From contig NW_024704743.1 in assembly GCF_018977255.1 (NCBI RefSeq), positions 81,036,001 to 81,100,000 of the forward strand: a DNA stretch of 64,000 nt, read 5' to 3'. The stretch's first letter is position 1. Each line of letters begins with the position of its first letter. The position numbers and the translations under genes are program-made. Below are positions 51,885 to 64,000 of this stretch, piece by piece. The notes below the pieces were generated by a model. That model saw nothing but the letters and a program-made list of their open reading frames with translations, was not told the origin of the DNA and ran no database searches. The DNA is from Callorhinchus milii (taxonomy: Eukaryota).

Positions 51885-51916
<32 letters not shown>

Positions 51917-52058
51917 TATAAAACTGTACTTAGCATATACATATACAGCAGCAGTATGGATGTTTATTCTTACAAACAGCATCATACTGCAATCTGTTGT
52001 GTTCTACTTTGTCTTTTTATACATGCTTTGTGGACCAATTTGTTTAGATTCTTCTTAC

Positions 52059-52164
52059 CTGGAGTGGATGGACGCTCAAGAATGTTCAAGTGGTGGTAAA
52101 TAAAAGCTTGGCTATCATGAACAGATTCCATATCAATCTCCTCATCTTCCTGAGAATTAGAAAA
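52059..52164 (-). CDS. TAF2: TAF2 coding exon, FSNSQEDEEIDMESVHDSQAFIYHHLNILERPSTP(G)
   Basis: 106 bp, ttttcag/GTAAGA, phase 0->1. Matches human ...VHDSQAFISHHLNMLERPSTPG. Confidence 0.96.
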
Positions 52165-52839
52165 CTGAAAATAAAATAAGCGCAAAATATATTGTAGCAC
52201 GACTTGTATTTCATAAGGAGCAAGCATCATCAGGTATTAGTACCAATCAATTAATAATAATAAATAATCTCTGTAATTGGAATAGTAGCTCTGGAAATTC
52301 CGCCCTCTACTCTCTGGCTTGCCCCCCTCTACTAACAGCAATGACTTGCATTTATATAGCGCCCTACGCCCTGGATGGCATCTCGGAGCACTTATCGATT
52401 TTCAAGTGCTGCATTAAAACATACTTCTTTGATCACACCTATGATCACCTTCCCACTTCCTCCCTCTCCCCTGCTCGACATCAGTCCCCACCACTGTAAA
52501 GTGCTTCGAGACGCAATCCTACTTGAAGAGCACTACATAAATACAAGTTGTTGTTGTTGCCTCCTATCATTGTTGAATTGCTTCACAGAACTTACAGTAA
52601 AATGTGTTTTTGTAAACTGTGTACTTGTAGGCAAACACATCAGCCAAGTTGCGCACAACAATATCACAAAAACAGCTACAAAGTGAATAACCAATTTTCT
52701 CTGGGGCATTGATGGCCAGGAAACTAGGAGGACTTCCATTCCCTTTTTGAATAGTGCCAAGGGATCTTTAGCTCCCACCTGAATAGACAGATCATCCAAA
52801 GTCCCTCCAACAATGCAGCACAGTCCCAGTGTCAAGTTC

Positions 52840-53432
52840 AATAACAACAACAACAAATTGCAGTTATATAGCACCTTTCACCCCAGGAAGATGTCCCAAG
52901 CTGCTGGACAGTCAAGGGTTTGCCAATCAATTTTGTGAAGCAATTCAAACAACCGAGATCTGGGTTGGAATCAAGAGGGGTGGAGGGCAAGAGGGGATGG
53001 GAGGATGATCAAAGGCACAGTCAAAGAGGATGGTCTAGAGTCTGACCATGAAGGAAGCCAGGTGAAGGAAAAGGACTCCATGATGGTATTCCAGAGTGTA
53101 GGGGCAGAAAGACTGAAGGCTCGATGGCCATTGGCGGGGCAGGCAGGATGGCGGGACATGAAGGAGGCCAGTGCCCGCCAAGCTGAGGGAGTGGGCAGGT
53201 TAGCAAGGTTTTAGTAGGTCACAGAGGTAGAGGGTTTTAAAAGTGAGGCTGAGGATCTTAAGCTCGATCCTCTGAGGGATGGGGAACAAGTGGAGCCGGG
53301 TGATGATGGGGGTGATCAGGTCACAGAGCCTGGTTCAGGAAAGGACATGAGCTGCAGAGCTCAGAATAATCTGCAGTTTGTGGAGGGAAGAGTTGGGAAG
53401 TCCGGTGAGCAGGGAATTAGCATAGTCAAGCC
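52840..53432 (-). mobile_element. L2 LINE 3' fragment inserted in a Deu-SINE
   Basis: GHRAFSLSAPTLWN motif and (CAA)n tail at ~52843; SINE pieces flank it at ~52570-52840 and ~53440-53495. Confidence 0.8.
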
Positions 53433-53660
53433 TGGTATTTTGATATGGGCTCAAATGTGGGGCTTGAACCACAATCTTCTGATTCAGAGGCAATAGTGGA
53501 CACATTTAAAACAAGTGGACACATTTAAAACAATTTAAAACATAAAAGCATAACACAAATTAATACAATAGGAAAATCAGTTAACACATTATTGTTAATT
53601 CCTATTGTGGTTAATTCTTAGCTTGCATAAATAAACCAACAAAATACACAGCCTCCTTAC

Positions 53661-53816
53661 TTTAATTTTCAGTTTGACTTTACTGTTGTCTTCATCTTTC
53701 TCCAGGATCTGGCCAGGTTCCAGTGGGGAACCAAGTGGGGTCTCAGCCTTTCTCTTTACGCCCTGCTGAATTCCAGATCCACTGGATATCGAATCTTTGG
53801 CAAGATGGTCCTCCTC
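53661..53816 (-). CDS. TAF2: TAF2 156-bp symmetric (cassette-type) exon, EEDHLAKDSISSGSGIQQGVKRKAETPLGSPLEPGQILEKDEDNSKVKLKIK
   Basis: Open 52-codon frame bounded by ttgtccag and GTAAGG, phase 0->0, between two phase-0 junctions. Resembles an optional segment I recall from long vertebrate TAF2 isoforms. Confidence 0.88.
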
Positions 53817-53929
53817 CTGGACAAGCCAAACGCATCTTACTTTAACAAGATTTTATAAACCTGATTCGAAACAGCTATTCTAAATCAAAGACGTAGTCGC
53901 ATTTATTTGAAGTAGTTTGAAGCTTTCCT

Positions 53930-54310
53930 GATGGCTCCAGATAAATTTACTGTGTGGCATGATCCTGAAGCATACAGACCACAATCCCAGATTTGAACCC
54001 CAGTCTACTTGGGCCAATCGTACTTGGTCCAGTGGAGTCAGCACTACATAGTAGTTGATTTCTGCACTTCCAGTCTATCTGGGAGGGGGGGGGGGGGGGG
54101 GGGGTGGGGAGAGGGGAGGCAGGGGAATGTGCTCCTGGGATGCCAGTTGGAATTGTGCATATTATATATTGTGTCCAGTGAAGATTGGTCTGAGATGCAA
54201 TTCTTCCCTCTCATGGCTAAGCAGTCTGCTAACGTTATTGTCCATACTCACACGTGAAGAAATGGGCACTTGGGCAAAGAACTGGAAGACATCCCAAGGC
54301 TATCTGAACT
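53930..54310 (+). mobile_element. AmnSINE2-like ancient SINE
   Basis: gatggctccagataaatttactgtgtggcatgatcctgaagcatacagacc...ctcacacgtgaagaaatgggcacttgggcaaagaactgga. Confidence 0.6.
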
Positions 54311-54528
54311 AGATTGCTTTTCCCTCCATCACAATGTTACACGGAGTGCAATGCATCAACAGAATAATTAATTTTAGGGGGAGGAGGAAGAAGGCAGAAT
54401 TATCCAGCTTGCTCCATTTAAACTGCTACATGACCTTGGAATGGAAATGAAATGTGATACAAAATTTCATTAAGTTTTGTACCAACATGAGCAAAGTTAA
54501 ATGCTATATATTATTCTAAATTACTTAC

Positions 54529-54758
54529 ACTTATCTGGTAACCAGCCATTGGTCCATGAATACTTGGATTGCCCATAGCCTCTGGATTACTTGCTCCCGG
54601 GTCAGGGATAATGATAGGGTTCAGCACAGTCTTCTTTTCTTTGAGGTTGAGGACCAGGCCAAGCTCAGGCAGAGGGAGACAAGAAGGTCTGCTAAGGCCA
54701 AACAAGGTATAGTACATGTCCACACCATCACATCTCAGTCTCCAGTCATGCGAAGTCC
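54529..54758 (-). CDS. TAF2: TAF2 coding exon, (G)TSHDWRLRCDGVDMYYTLFGLSRPSCLPLPELGLVLNLKEKKTVLNPIIIPD...GYQIS
   Basis: 230 bp, ctgtacag/GTAAGT, phase 1->0. Near identical to human TSHDWRLRC...LPELGLVLNLKEKK. Confidence 0.97.
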
Positions 54759-54859
54759 CTGTACAGGGGAATAGATATTTTTCAAATAATCTTCAAGGCA
54801 TTTTTAAAAAAATAACTGGTGTCTCCAATTAATTTTTCTAGTTTTCTCAACAATGGCAT

Positions 54860-55112
54860 CTGCCTCTCTGGCCTGCTCTTGCTGGGGTGTGTTTCCACAG
54901 GTTGCTCTCCAGTATCCCATGCAAATGTGGCTACTCAATTATAGAGGGTGTTACAGCCATACCCAAACTTTCTCCACCTGGCTGACACACACACGTACAA
55001 CCAGTATTGGCTGCGGCAGAGGGAGCAGGAGTTGTGGCTGGTTTTCCTCTCCCAGTCCATGCAGCCCAGGCTGAGACCAGAAAACTCAGCACGGATCAGG
55101 ATTCAAAACCAT
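54860..55112 (-). mobile_element. AmnSINE2-like ancient SINE
   Basis: Minus strand: tgaatcctgatccgtgctgagttttctggtctcagcctggg...gaggaaaaccagccacaactcctgctccc. Confidence 0.6.
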
Positions 55113-55227
55113 CAAGTTACAAATTTACCCACTGTACCCACAGAGCTGCCTTCAAATTAACACAAAACACGAAGCTAAGAATAAGGTGCCTCAATGCACT
55201 CCAGCACCTCACTGTGGAACTATTATA

Positions 55228-55605
55228 CAACAGCAGCAACTTGTATTTACATACAGCTCTTCAAGGGGGCCGGGGGGGGGGGGGGTAGCATCTCGTAGTA
55301 CTTAACAAAACAATGCCTAAGTTTGATACCAGCCGAGAGAGAGGGCTGGTGATTAGAGGCACAGACAAACAGTAAAGACTGCAAATGTGATCTGTAGTAT
55401 GTTCAAAGTGGGGCAGGCGGAGGGACTCAGGAAGTTCCAGAAGTCATAGTGGCTGAAAGCACGGCCAACGATGGTAGAGTGGAGGGATTCGCAGAAGGCC
55501 CAAGACCGAGTGAATGGAACAGGCGTGAGCAGATTGGTGAGGTAGACAAGTGCTGGGGCATGAAATGATTTGTAAGCGAGTACGAGCATCTTAAAAACCA
55601 TCCAT
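55228..55605 (-). mobile_element. L2 LINE 3' fragment
   Basis: FKMLVLAYKSFHAPALVYLTNLL...STIVGRAFSHY. Confidence 0.8.
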
Positions 55606-56799
55606 TTTAAACTGTTGTGGGTTATCACAAAGTGGAAACCAAATTGCGGCACCGATTAGGTTAATTCCGACCTAAGGTCACGTCAGCATAAACCAGCAGG
55701 TGGCAGCACTACCTCTCTTCAGGTAAGTGGTTTGCTGATTCTTTTTTAGGTATCAAATATTACCTAAAATTACTTTTTAATATCCCTGAAGCAAGTGCTT
55801 TTTAATTTGTAAATTTCAGGCTCCACATTGCGTTCTACATTTTTTTTGTTACATAACAATAACTTGTTCCCAAGGACTGAAATCTCCGCTCTCCTTGGTC
55901 AAAACAAAGTTAGCTTCTATTGATAGAGCAAGCTAGGGCCAAGACCTGCAGTCTGACTGCCAAAAGTTAATTTTAGACGAGGGGAAATCGGGGAAAGAGC
56001 TGGATGTGGGAGAGAAGTGGGCTAATGGAAAAAGTTGGAGGCTGTGGGTAGTATACTCAATTATTCAGCTTAAATACGCCCAAGACCAAAAAGATTAGAT
56101 TCTTAAGGTAGAGGTTCTGGTTTTATAACATCGTTCTGAGCAAGCACTAAGAACCTTTTGGGGGGCTTAATGTTAAATTTGTTTTTGTTTCTAAAATACA
56201 GTCAGTATACTTTACATTATATCCTGTGAAATGTTTTGAGATGTCCTTGTAACACGAAAGGCTTTAAATCAAATGTAAGAATCATTATTTCTTATAAATT
56301 GATATATTGTCAAAAGTTTGACATGAAAGAGAATGCAAAATCTACTAAGAGTTTATATGAACACTTAACTGTAAGCTCTGGTAAAGTAAAAAGTAAGGAA
56401 ATATTAAGTCAAAGTTTTTGCAGGAAATACAAATCATTTAATTTCTTCTCCAGATCTAACAAATTACATTTTAATGAAAAATAATATCTTTGATCATGGT
56501 TGATTCTTGTTAAATAAGTGCATTTTACTTATCCATTCATACGCAGATAGGTACAATGCGTTGCTAATCAACTCTAAATTATTTCTCAATAAACCTGTAA
56601 TAATGCTAATAATAATAATCCTTGCATTTGATACAGTACCTTATCAAGTTGTTTAGGCATCTCAAAGCGGTTCACAGGATATACTGTAAAGCGAATTGAC
56701 TATTTTGTGAGCGAAATGCAGCAGCCAATTGCGCACAGTAGTACTGTAGTACTGAACTTGGCAAATTATAGCTGAAATGTTGCTGAATGATAGCAAGAC

Positions 56800-57455
56800 G
56801 AAAGATACATTCCTTGACTCCCATCAACATCTTCACTCCTGCGGCTCTGACCCTCAACCTCCCCAGCCTATCCCTCAGACTTACTGAACCTGTGCACAAC
56901 TTAGGCAAGAGGTTCACATCCTTCCTGCCCTGGTCAGTTCTACTTTCCTTCACCTTAGTAACATCGTCCACCTCCGACCATACCTCACATCCGATACTGC
57001 TAAAACCATTACTCACGCATTCGTCAACTCCTGCCTCAGTTATTCTGATGTCCTCCTCACCGGTCTTCCCAGCACCACCATTCATAAAATCCATTCAATT
57101 CAAAAACTCTGCCTCACATATCCCCACCCGCACCGAACTCCGTGCCCCCATCACCCCAGACCACACCAGGCTCCACTTGCTCTCTATTACAGAACTGATC
57201 AATTTCTAGATCCTCATACTTGTGTGCAAATTACTTCATGTTCTGGCACCACCCTACCTCTCCAATATGCTTATACCCCACTCCACTACCCGCCGCCTTC
57301 GCTCAGCTGGCTCCAACCTCTTGTACATCTCTCATCCCCTCCGCTCCACCATCGGTGCCGTGCTTTCACTGAAACCTATTATCTCCTTGCCTCAATCCCT
57401 CAGCTTCGCTTCCTCCTTCCTGTCTTCAGATCACACCTGAAGTCCTTCCTTTACC
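56800..57455 (+). mobile_element. L2 LINE ORF2 fragment
   Basis: PVHNLG, ITPDHTRLHLLSI and LAPPYLSNML...RRLRSAGSNLL motifs in broken frames. Confidence 0.85.
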
Positions 57456-57989
57456 TCTTAAAATGTCTAATAATTCTGATGGTTTAAGGATTAACCATTA
57501 GCAGAGTGGTTTTAAGAAATATACATTTTTGTACTCTGAAACATAGTCCAGAGAACAATTAAAATCAATCTGACAGCAAGGACTTTAGTAAACTGCCAGT
57601 GGTCTCCCAATAACCTCATTAAATCATACACATTATTAACAAAACAAAAATACCCCACTTTTACTGTAAGATGATACTATAAAAACAAAGTTTATATGCA
57701 AGCCTTTGTTAATCAGCCAAGTGTTGTGAAACAGTGCATTAGTAATGCTGGAACAATCACAAAACAGATCAAGGAGTACTGATACATCCCAGATGCAATA
57801 CTTGTGCTACAGTTTTTCAACTTGAAACAGAACATATAGGATAACACAAAGGCTGGATTGTGTTACATGGCAGGAACACTTTAAGAGATGAAATGATTTT
57901 ACAAACAACCACAGAGAAACTTGAGGGGTTTATTACCTCTGTCCTGAGGTGAGTTACTTTCTTAAAATATGCCCTACCTGTATTATGAA

Positions 57990-58240
57990 ACTCAAAAGAT
58001 GGAGCCACAGGAGCATTATTATAAAGTCCCTTCTCTTTTCAAATAGTGCCATGGGATCTTTAGCATCCACTGGCAGGCAGATGTGTTGTCGGTTTAATGT
58101 CTCTTTCCCAAGGACGTCACTTCCATCAATGCTTTGCTCCCCAAGCATTGCAGTGGAGTACCAGCCTAAACAATTCAAAATCCCGACACAATGTTTATTT
58201 TCTGACTCAAGAGGCAAGAGTGCTACCAACCTGATACCTA
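57990..58240 (-). mobile_element. Deu-domain SINE 5' part
   Basis: aatagtgccatgggatcttt...tctgactcaagaggcaagagtgctaccaac. Confidence 0.75.
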
Positions 58241-60099
58241 AATATGTGCAACTAAAGATTTTCATCAACATTTCAATAACACTTCACTACCACATTTAGG
58301 AGTGGAGAAGCAGCCATTTAGTTATTAGCCATGTGTATATATATGTACATATTGTGTATATATATATTGTGGATATATATATTGTATACACACACACATC
58401 ATTCTATTGTATTGTAATATAAATAGATAATGGCAAATTATTCACATAATTAATGGCTGTGAGAGGTTCAAAATAAAATAGATGTGGCATAATGATTCTA
58501 ATCCTTTCTAATTTGATGAATTTTACAGCTAAATTCTCTTGATTCCAACCCACAGCTTGGGTGCAAATCCTTAACTGTCTAGCGCCTTGAGACATTTTTC
58601 TGATGTGAGAAGCGTTATATAAATGTAATTTTGTTGATATTGTTGATGAGTCTGGAGATGGTCACATTTGTGAATCAGAAAAACGATTGTGTATTAATTT
58701 CAATCCTGAACTGCTTTAAATGCCATTAATTCATCCTAAAACCATATTATTAAATAATAGACAAGACATAATTAACAGTACCAGTCAGTTCAATTAGCCA
58801 AGTCATAGAATCATAAAGCATATAGCAGGCTAAAGGCCATCATATCCGTATTCATACAGTACTGCAGTATCGTCCTCATTGAAGCAATCTACCTCCAATC
58901 CCATTACTCTGCAATTTGCTCAAATAAGTTATCAATTCTCTTTTAAACACACTTATGGATTTGGATCTAACGGACATTTATGATAAGCAATCCATATTCT
59001 AAAACTCTTGTGTAAAAATAATCTGTTTAAATAATTATTGGCAAGTTTTGTGAAAGTGGGGTTATTCCGTAAAATGATAATAACATCAACTCTTAACATT
59101 ATAAAACTCAATGACAATGCTGTCTGCTTCCATATTGGTCTGCCAACAGATCTAATCTCAGAGAAGTGTGCTCCTGACAAGAGATAATCTTGCTCTCAAC
59201 TCCCAGTCTGAGACAGCAAACTATCAAATGTACTGCCAGATTCAGGATAAGTGTGTACTTTTGACTGTCAATTTGGGAATGAGTTGAAATTTCTAGATCT
59301 TACTCCAGTTTTCAGTGTGCCCAGGAGACCTACATCCTTCCATTCTCTGGGTTAAAAGGCATTGCATCATTTGGATCATTGCTTTTATGGTTCCAGCAGT
59401 AACCCTGATTGAAAGAGTTTAAAAGAATAGGTCAATGTTAATTACTTGTACTCAGCTGGATTAAAGTACATTCAGTTGATGCCAAAAAATGGATAAACAT
59501 GTTTGCCCTTTAGGTTTATTGCTTTTTTTTAAAAAAAGTGCTTTTTGTTGCATCAGAGATAATAATAATCCCTGCATTTGATATAGCGCCTTTCACGTCG
59601 TCATGTATCTCAAGTACAGAGATAGTACCATAGTTATTGGAATGGATGATGGAATTGGTAAATAATTAGCTTTGTCTTCTGCAATATAAACTGATACTGT
59701 CAAGGTCAGTAAATTGACTAATTATCAGAAAGTAAGAAATGCTTGCTCACCAAGGTTATATATTCAATATTTTGTGTCTTAACTAATATAATAATAAAAA
59801 ATAATAATATAGCTTAAATAAATGAGTGCATTTTAGAAATTGCATATATCAACAAAACTCACTTAAAACGGAATGGTGAGCCTGAGAACCACCTGCTGAT
59901 GGATATTGAGTTATTGATGGAGATATTTAACCCAAGTTACAGAAGCCATAAACTCTTGCAAGATTGTATGCAGCTAATGGATTTTTTTCTCACTAGCAGT
60001 AGGCCTGAAAGATGTGTGTTCTTGTCTACTTGAACCACATTATCTAATCCATTTTACATCATCACACATGGCCTAAATCTGACTCCCCGATTGTCTAAT

Positions 60100-60500
60100 G
60101 AATATCTATCTGAGCATACAGAATGGGAAGTCCCATTCTATCCTGGTCTTTGTTGAGTTAGCTTAAGGAGGGCAAACCTGTGGCCCGTGGCTCACGTTGC
60201 ACATGCATAGAATAGTCACAGCCCACAAGTTGGCCATTCCCTAATTAATGATCTGGCTGGAGGATGGGGGGAGAAAGAGGGCCGAATATTCTACATCAGC
60301 ATTTTGGGAGAGGAAAATCAGGCAGGGTTCTTGCTCCCAATACTTAACCAGCAACCTCGCTGGTCATACAAGTTTTGGAGGTTGGTTAGTTGAGGACAGG
60401 ATTGGCCTTGGTTATAATTTTTGATTAATCCATATTTGATTAACCTGCCAACATTTACAAGCTTACAAAATGATTAAAGACAAAGTACTGGAACCTGTGA
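60100..60500 (+). mobile_element. AmnSINE2-like SINE interrupted by a ~80-bp hAT-like MITE (~60165-60243)
   Basis: The SINE core ttgagttagct|...|gatctggctgg is split by aggagggcaaacctgtggccc...gcccacaagttggccattccct, which has imperfect inverted ends. Confidence 0.55.
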
Positions 60501-62805
60501 AGAAAAAAGGAATCAAGCACACTCAGCAGGTGAAATGAGAAAATTGACAAGAATTTGTCTTTTATGAAGGTCTTTATAGCTTGCAACTCCGGGTGCAAGT
60601 AATAGATGGCGTCATTGATGTTTTTCTGGTGAATAGTTCAGTGTAAACCGGGTTGAAACCAAACAGCAAATTTTAATGCCCGTTTCTCACATTTATTTTA
60701 TATTAAAAAAAAGTCAGTACGGGTTTTAACTATGATGAAGGCCTTGCAAAACCAACAAATTAACTTGTTCTGGCATATCCAGCTGCTTTTCCATCTTTGT
60801 ACCTTACTTTGTACCTTCCAACTGTGTGTGGAAAAAAAAGTGCAACTAGTCTTTAAATGCTGCATTACAATGTTAATGGTTACTAAAGAAACAAATCACT
60901 TAGAACTGCATGTATAAAGATCCAATACATGGAACAAGTGAAATTCAATCGAGCAACTATTGAAAAATAATATTCTAGACATGACATTCACCTTTGATCT
61001 AAGATCTGCCATTTGTGTACCTGATATACTCATAAGTTGGACCTAAAATGCTGCACTGAATAATCAAATACTTAGAAAATCTGAAAAGTAGATAAGACCA
61101 CTGACCTATGATTGTGCTGTATCAGTATTTCGTGCATCACTTCAGTAAGTGTTTTCTGGTGGAAAACTGTCTTTGTGAAGTGAAAATGTTAAAATAGATT
61201 TCATTCAGTAATTCACTGTTCACTAAAGAAACAGCAAAACTAAATGTCTTCAGTAAACAGAGCAAACCAGTGAAAATACCACTCTCCATTAAATCCTGAA
61301 TTATAATTTTGTACGGGTTTGAAACTACTGAATTAACCAAACCAAAATACAGTATTCCATTCAAGCACTGAACAGACTTCAAAGAAACTGTACCCTTTAA
61401 TTTGAAAGACTACCCTGAAAGAAAAAACACCTGGAGAAGGCTTTCATAATATTAAACACTAAAAGCTCTAAACCTAGACAGTTTATGGTGCCTCAGTGAC
61501 TGATATTTTTATTGAGCACATCAGAACCACAGTTGATGAGTAAACAACGTAACTATTTCACAACCAGCTGTCCAGAATGAACATTTTTAGAACTAGGTTG
61601 GAACATTTCTGTTTGAGAACTATTCTACACAAGAGGGTATTGCACTAGTGACGCAGCAGATTGGTTACATATTTTACAAGTAAAAAAAGCCCCATCAAAT
61701 GTGCAAGTACTGCAGGAACAGATCAGCCTTGAGGGTCTTTCTGATCTGAGAAAGAAAAATTATAATGCACGGTCACTGGGTATGGTGTCCCGTAGATTTT
61801 AGGAGCATGGTTGTTCTGGGCAGAACACCGTATAAAACAGGAGACCATACATACATTAAGAAGATCAACCTTAATGCTGTTAAGACCATTATTTGCCCAT
61901 CCTAGCAAAATAATAATATTCACATTTAGTGCAGCGGATTTTATATCAGAACAATGTCTTAAAAGCACTTCACAAGTTATAGTGTAAGGTGGAGTGACTG
62001 TGCATTTTATTGTGGGTGAATGAGGCAGCCAAATTGTACACAGTAACGTCAGCAAAGAAATGAAGACCAATTTTATTGGTCAGAGTTATCAAACAAAATC
62101 ATCAATACCTACAGCTTGTTCTTTCTCCTTATCTTCATCTCAACTTAACCTAGTTTTTTTTAACTCTTTTCTACCTATCCAACTTTTTTTTCTAACATGT
62201 CCATCTTTCATTATCTACCTCCATTTTCATTTTTCTCAGACCATTTGTTTAGGAAATTGGAAACAGTTTATTGTAACAAAGTACATGCCTTCAGTTGCAG
62301 TGGACAAGGATGTTAATGGACATTACATCACTGCTGGTAAAACATACCCACAACGTAACCTGTGCTTTCTCCACAAAATCCTTCGCATAGCACAAATTTG
62401 CAAGCCTTCAGCTCCAATGAAAACTCAGCTCTGAGCCAAAGCCTTATGAGTCTGATTACTATACATATGATTTCCCAGAAAAAGCATGATTCAGAATCAA
62501 GTCAAAGTGAATTTGCCTTCAGCCATGTCTTGTGACATCACCAGAATGCTTTTTAAGATGTCATTCTCTGCCTCTTCCTGTCATAAAAGATCACTGAATG
62601 AAGGACAATGAAGAAACTTTAAACTACTGAGAATGAAGGGAAATATCACCTTAACACTGTACAAATTTGCAATTTATTTACATTCACTTTACTTACCATG
62701 CTATAATTTTTTCAAATATTATTTGGAGTAAACATTGCAATAAAGAAAACAATCAGATAATGCTAACCACACAAAATATTCTTTATGTGGGTTATGCATA
62801 TGTAC

Positions 62806-62915
62806 CTGAGTTCATTAGTTTCCAGAGCTGGTCCACCAGGGCCTCATTGCACAGAGGAGATTCTGCACTCTTGGTAAACGGTGGATTCTTATTCAGCATG
62901 CTCAAAACCTTATGC
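62806..62915 (-). CDS. TAF2: TAF2 coding exon, (R)HKVLSMLNKNPPFTKSAESPLCNEALVDQLWKLMNS(G); gene continues beyond the window end
   Basis: 110 bp, tatag/GTACAT, phase 2->1. Matches human HKILNMLTKNPPFTKNMESPLCNEALVDQLWKLMNS. Confidence 0.97.
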
Positions 62916-64000
62916 CTATAATGAATGAAATAAAGATCCATTTTCAAGTACATGCGAGTCACTAAATAGACACTCGGACACACAATTTACCCCTTTAAAA
63001 GATGGGAACAAATATTTTATGAGCCTGACATGTTGCAGGACATTTGTACACTTAGAATAAAAATATAAGTAACTCAAATCACTCAGTAAACCTATTTTAG
63101 TTCAGCCATTAATTTTTCTGATGGTTATTCATTTTATCTACCTTGCTGGCTTTCTTCGACAATACAGGCAAGTAACATTTAAGCAATTAGTTAGCTTGAA
63201 AGTATGAAAGAGTACATATTTATGTCCGCATTATTTTCCCAGGCAATACATATCTTCAGCAAAGAGGATAGTTTGCCGGTTTACCAACACTGTTCTGAAC
63301 TGGCTGCTTAGAGGCACGTGACAAACCGTTGGCAACAACTCTCCTTTCAACATATTCCTCAGAGATTTAGGGAGGCAGGTGCAGACTACTATAAAGAGCT
63401 GTTAATTCTGAAGAAATTGCATACAATTTTGAGCATTCTGGCCAATAAAGACAAAGCTTTACTTTCCAATTCTTCAGATTGCTAGCTAGAACTGAAACTA
63501 AATGTATGGTTTGTAGAAAGGACTGTAATTTTAACTGACTGATTGTAGTTGAAATTGAAATGAACACTTTTAAAGTATGTAGTTACAGAGAGGGTGCAAA
63601 GTCAGAATGATTCATTTTAACCATAGCTATCAGTTTCTTAGAAGGCATATTCCATGGTTCTCAATCAACTAAAAAATGGAAAATTGGTATGTGGTTTTAA
63701 TATGGTTAGGTGTTAAAGACCATGGAAGAGTAATAGGATTATTTGCAATTACGTGGAAAGCAGATTGGAATAGTAGCATTTTTTTCAATTATATCTCCTA
63801 TATATTATATATCATCATACCCTCTGGATCTAAAGTTGCACCCATTGTCCTGGTCCTTACTATACCATAGAGAAATGTACTTGTCAGTGCACAATAGGTC
63901 AGGGTACTACACATGAATTTACTCAATCAGTAGCACTTCTAAGCATAACATTTTACGTGTCAAGAGTTGACCAGTAATGTCTTTAAATTGACCCTGCCAA

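Noticed and set aside
53495..53532. 19-bp tandem duplication agtggacacatttaaaaca x2
   Set aside because: Simple local slippage duplication with no evidence of function.
11347..59610. Recurring 'YIKCKDYYYY' peptides and dispersed repeats as a gene family or CRISPR-like array
   Set aside because: These are translations of the SINE 3' tail. The copies are irregularly dispersed, in both orientations, in a eukaryotic locus.

Overview
Vertebrate nuclear genomic DNA, most likely a cartilaginous fish (possibly a chimaera), judged from the SINE/CR1/L2 repeat content and the protein divergence. It holds two minus-strand genes in the TAF2 -> ENPP2 order also seen in mammals. The first is the 3' end of TAF2 (TFIID subunit 2): five clear coding exons at 62915-48626, including a 156-bp symmetric cassette exon and the His/Lys-rich C-terminal tail. 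The second is the 5' part of ENPP2 (autotaxin): coding exons 1-10 at 18631-1304, all with canonical GT-AG junctions and matching phases; the gene runs off the left edge. The rest is intronic or intergenic DNA dense in tRNA-SINEs, L2 and CR1 3' fragments, an R4/Dong-type remnant, a second non-LTR remnant, small MITEs and a 1.2-kb degenerate (CA/C)n tract that generates all the long spurious ORFs. I see no novel multi-gene system. The best leads are: (1) a candidate distal first exon of ENPP2 at ~31.8 kb with two donors 5 nt apart, one in frame and one giving a uORF whose stop overlaps the exon-2 ATG; (2) a candidate TAF2 penultimate exon ending in a non-canonical GA donor; (3) a 43-bp hairpin with strand-biased G.U pairs nested in a MITE; (4) modular SINE subfamilies with visible L2 partnership. 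Family names and human exon sizes are recalled from memory, not from searches.
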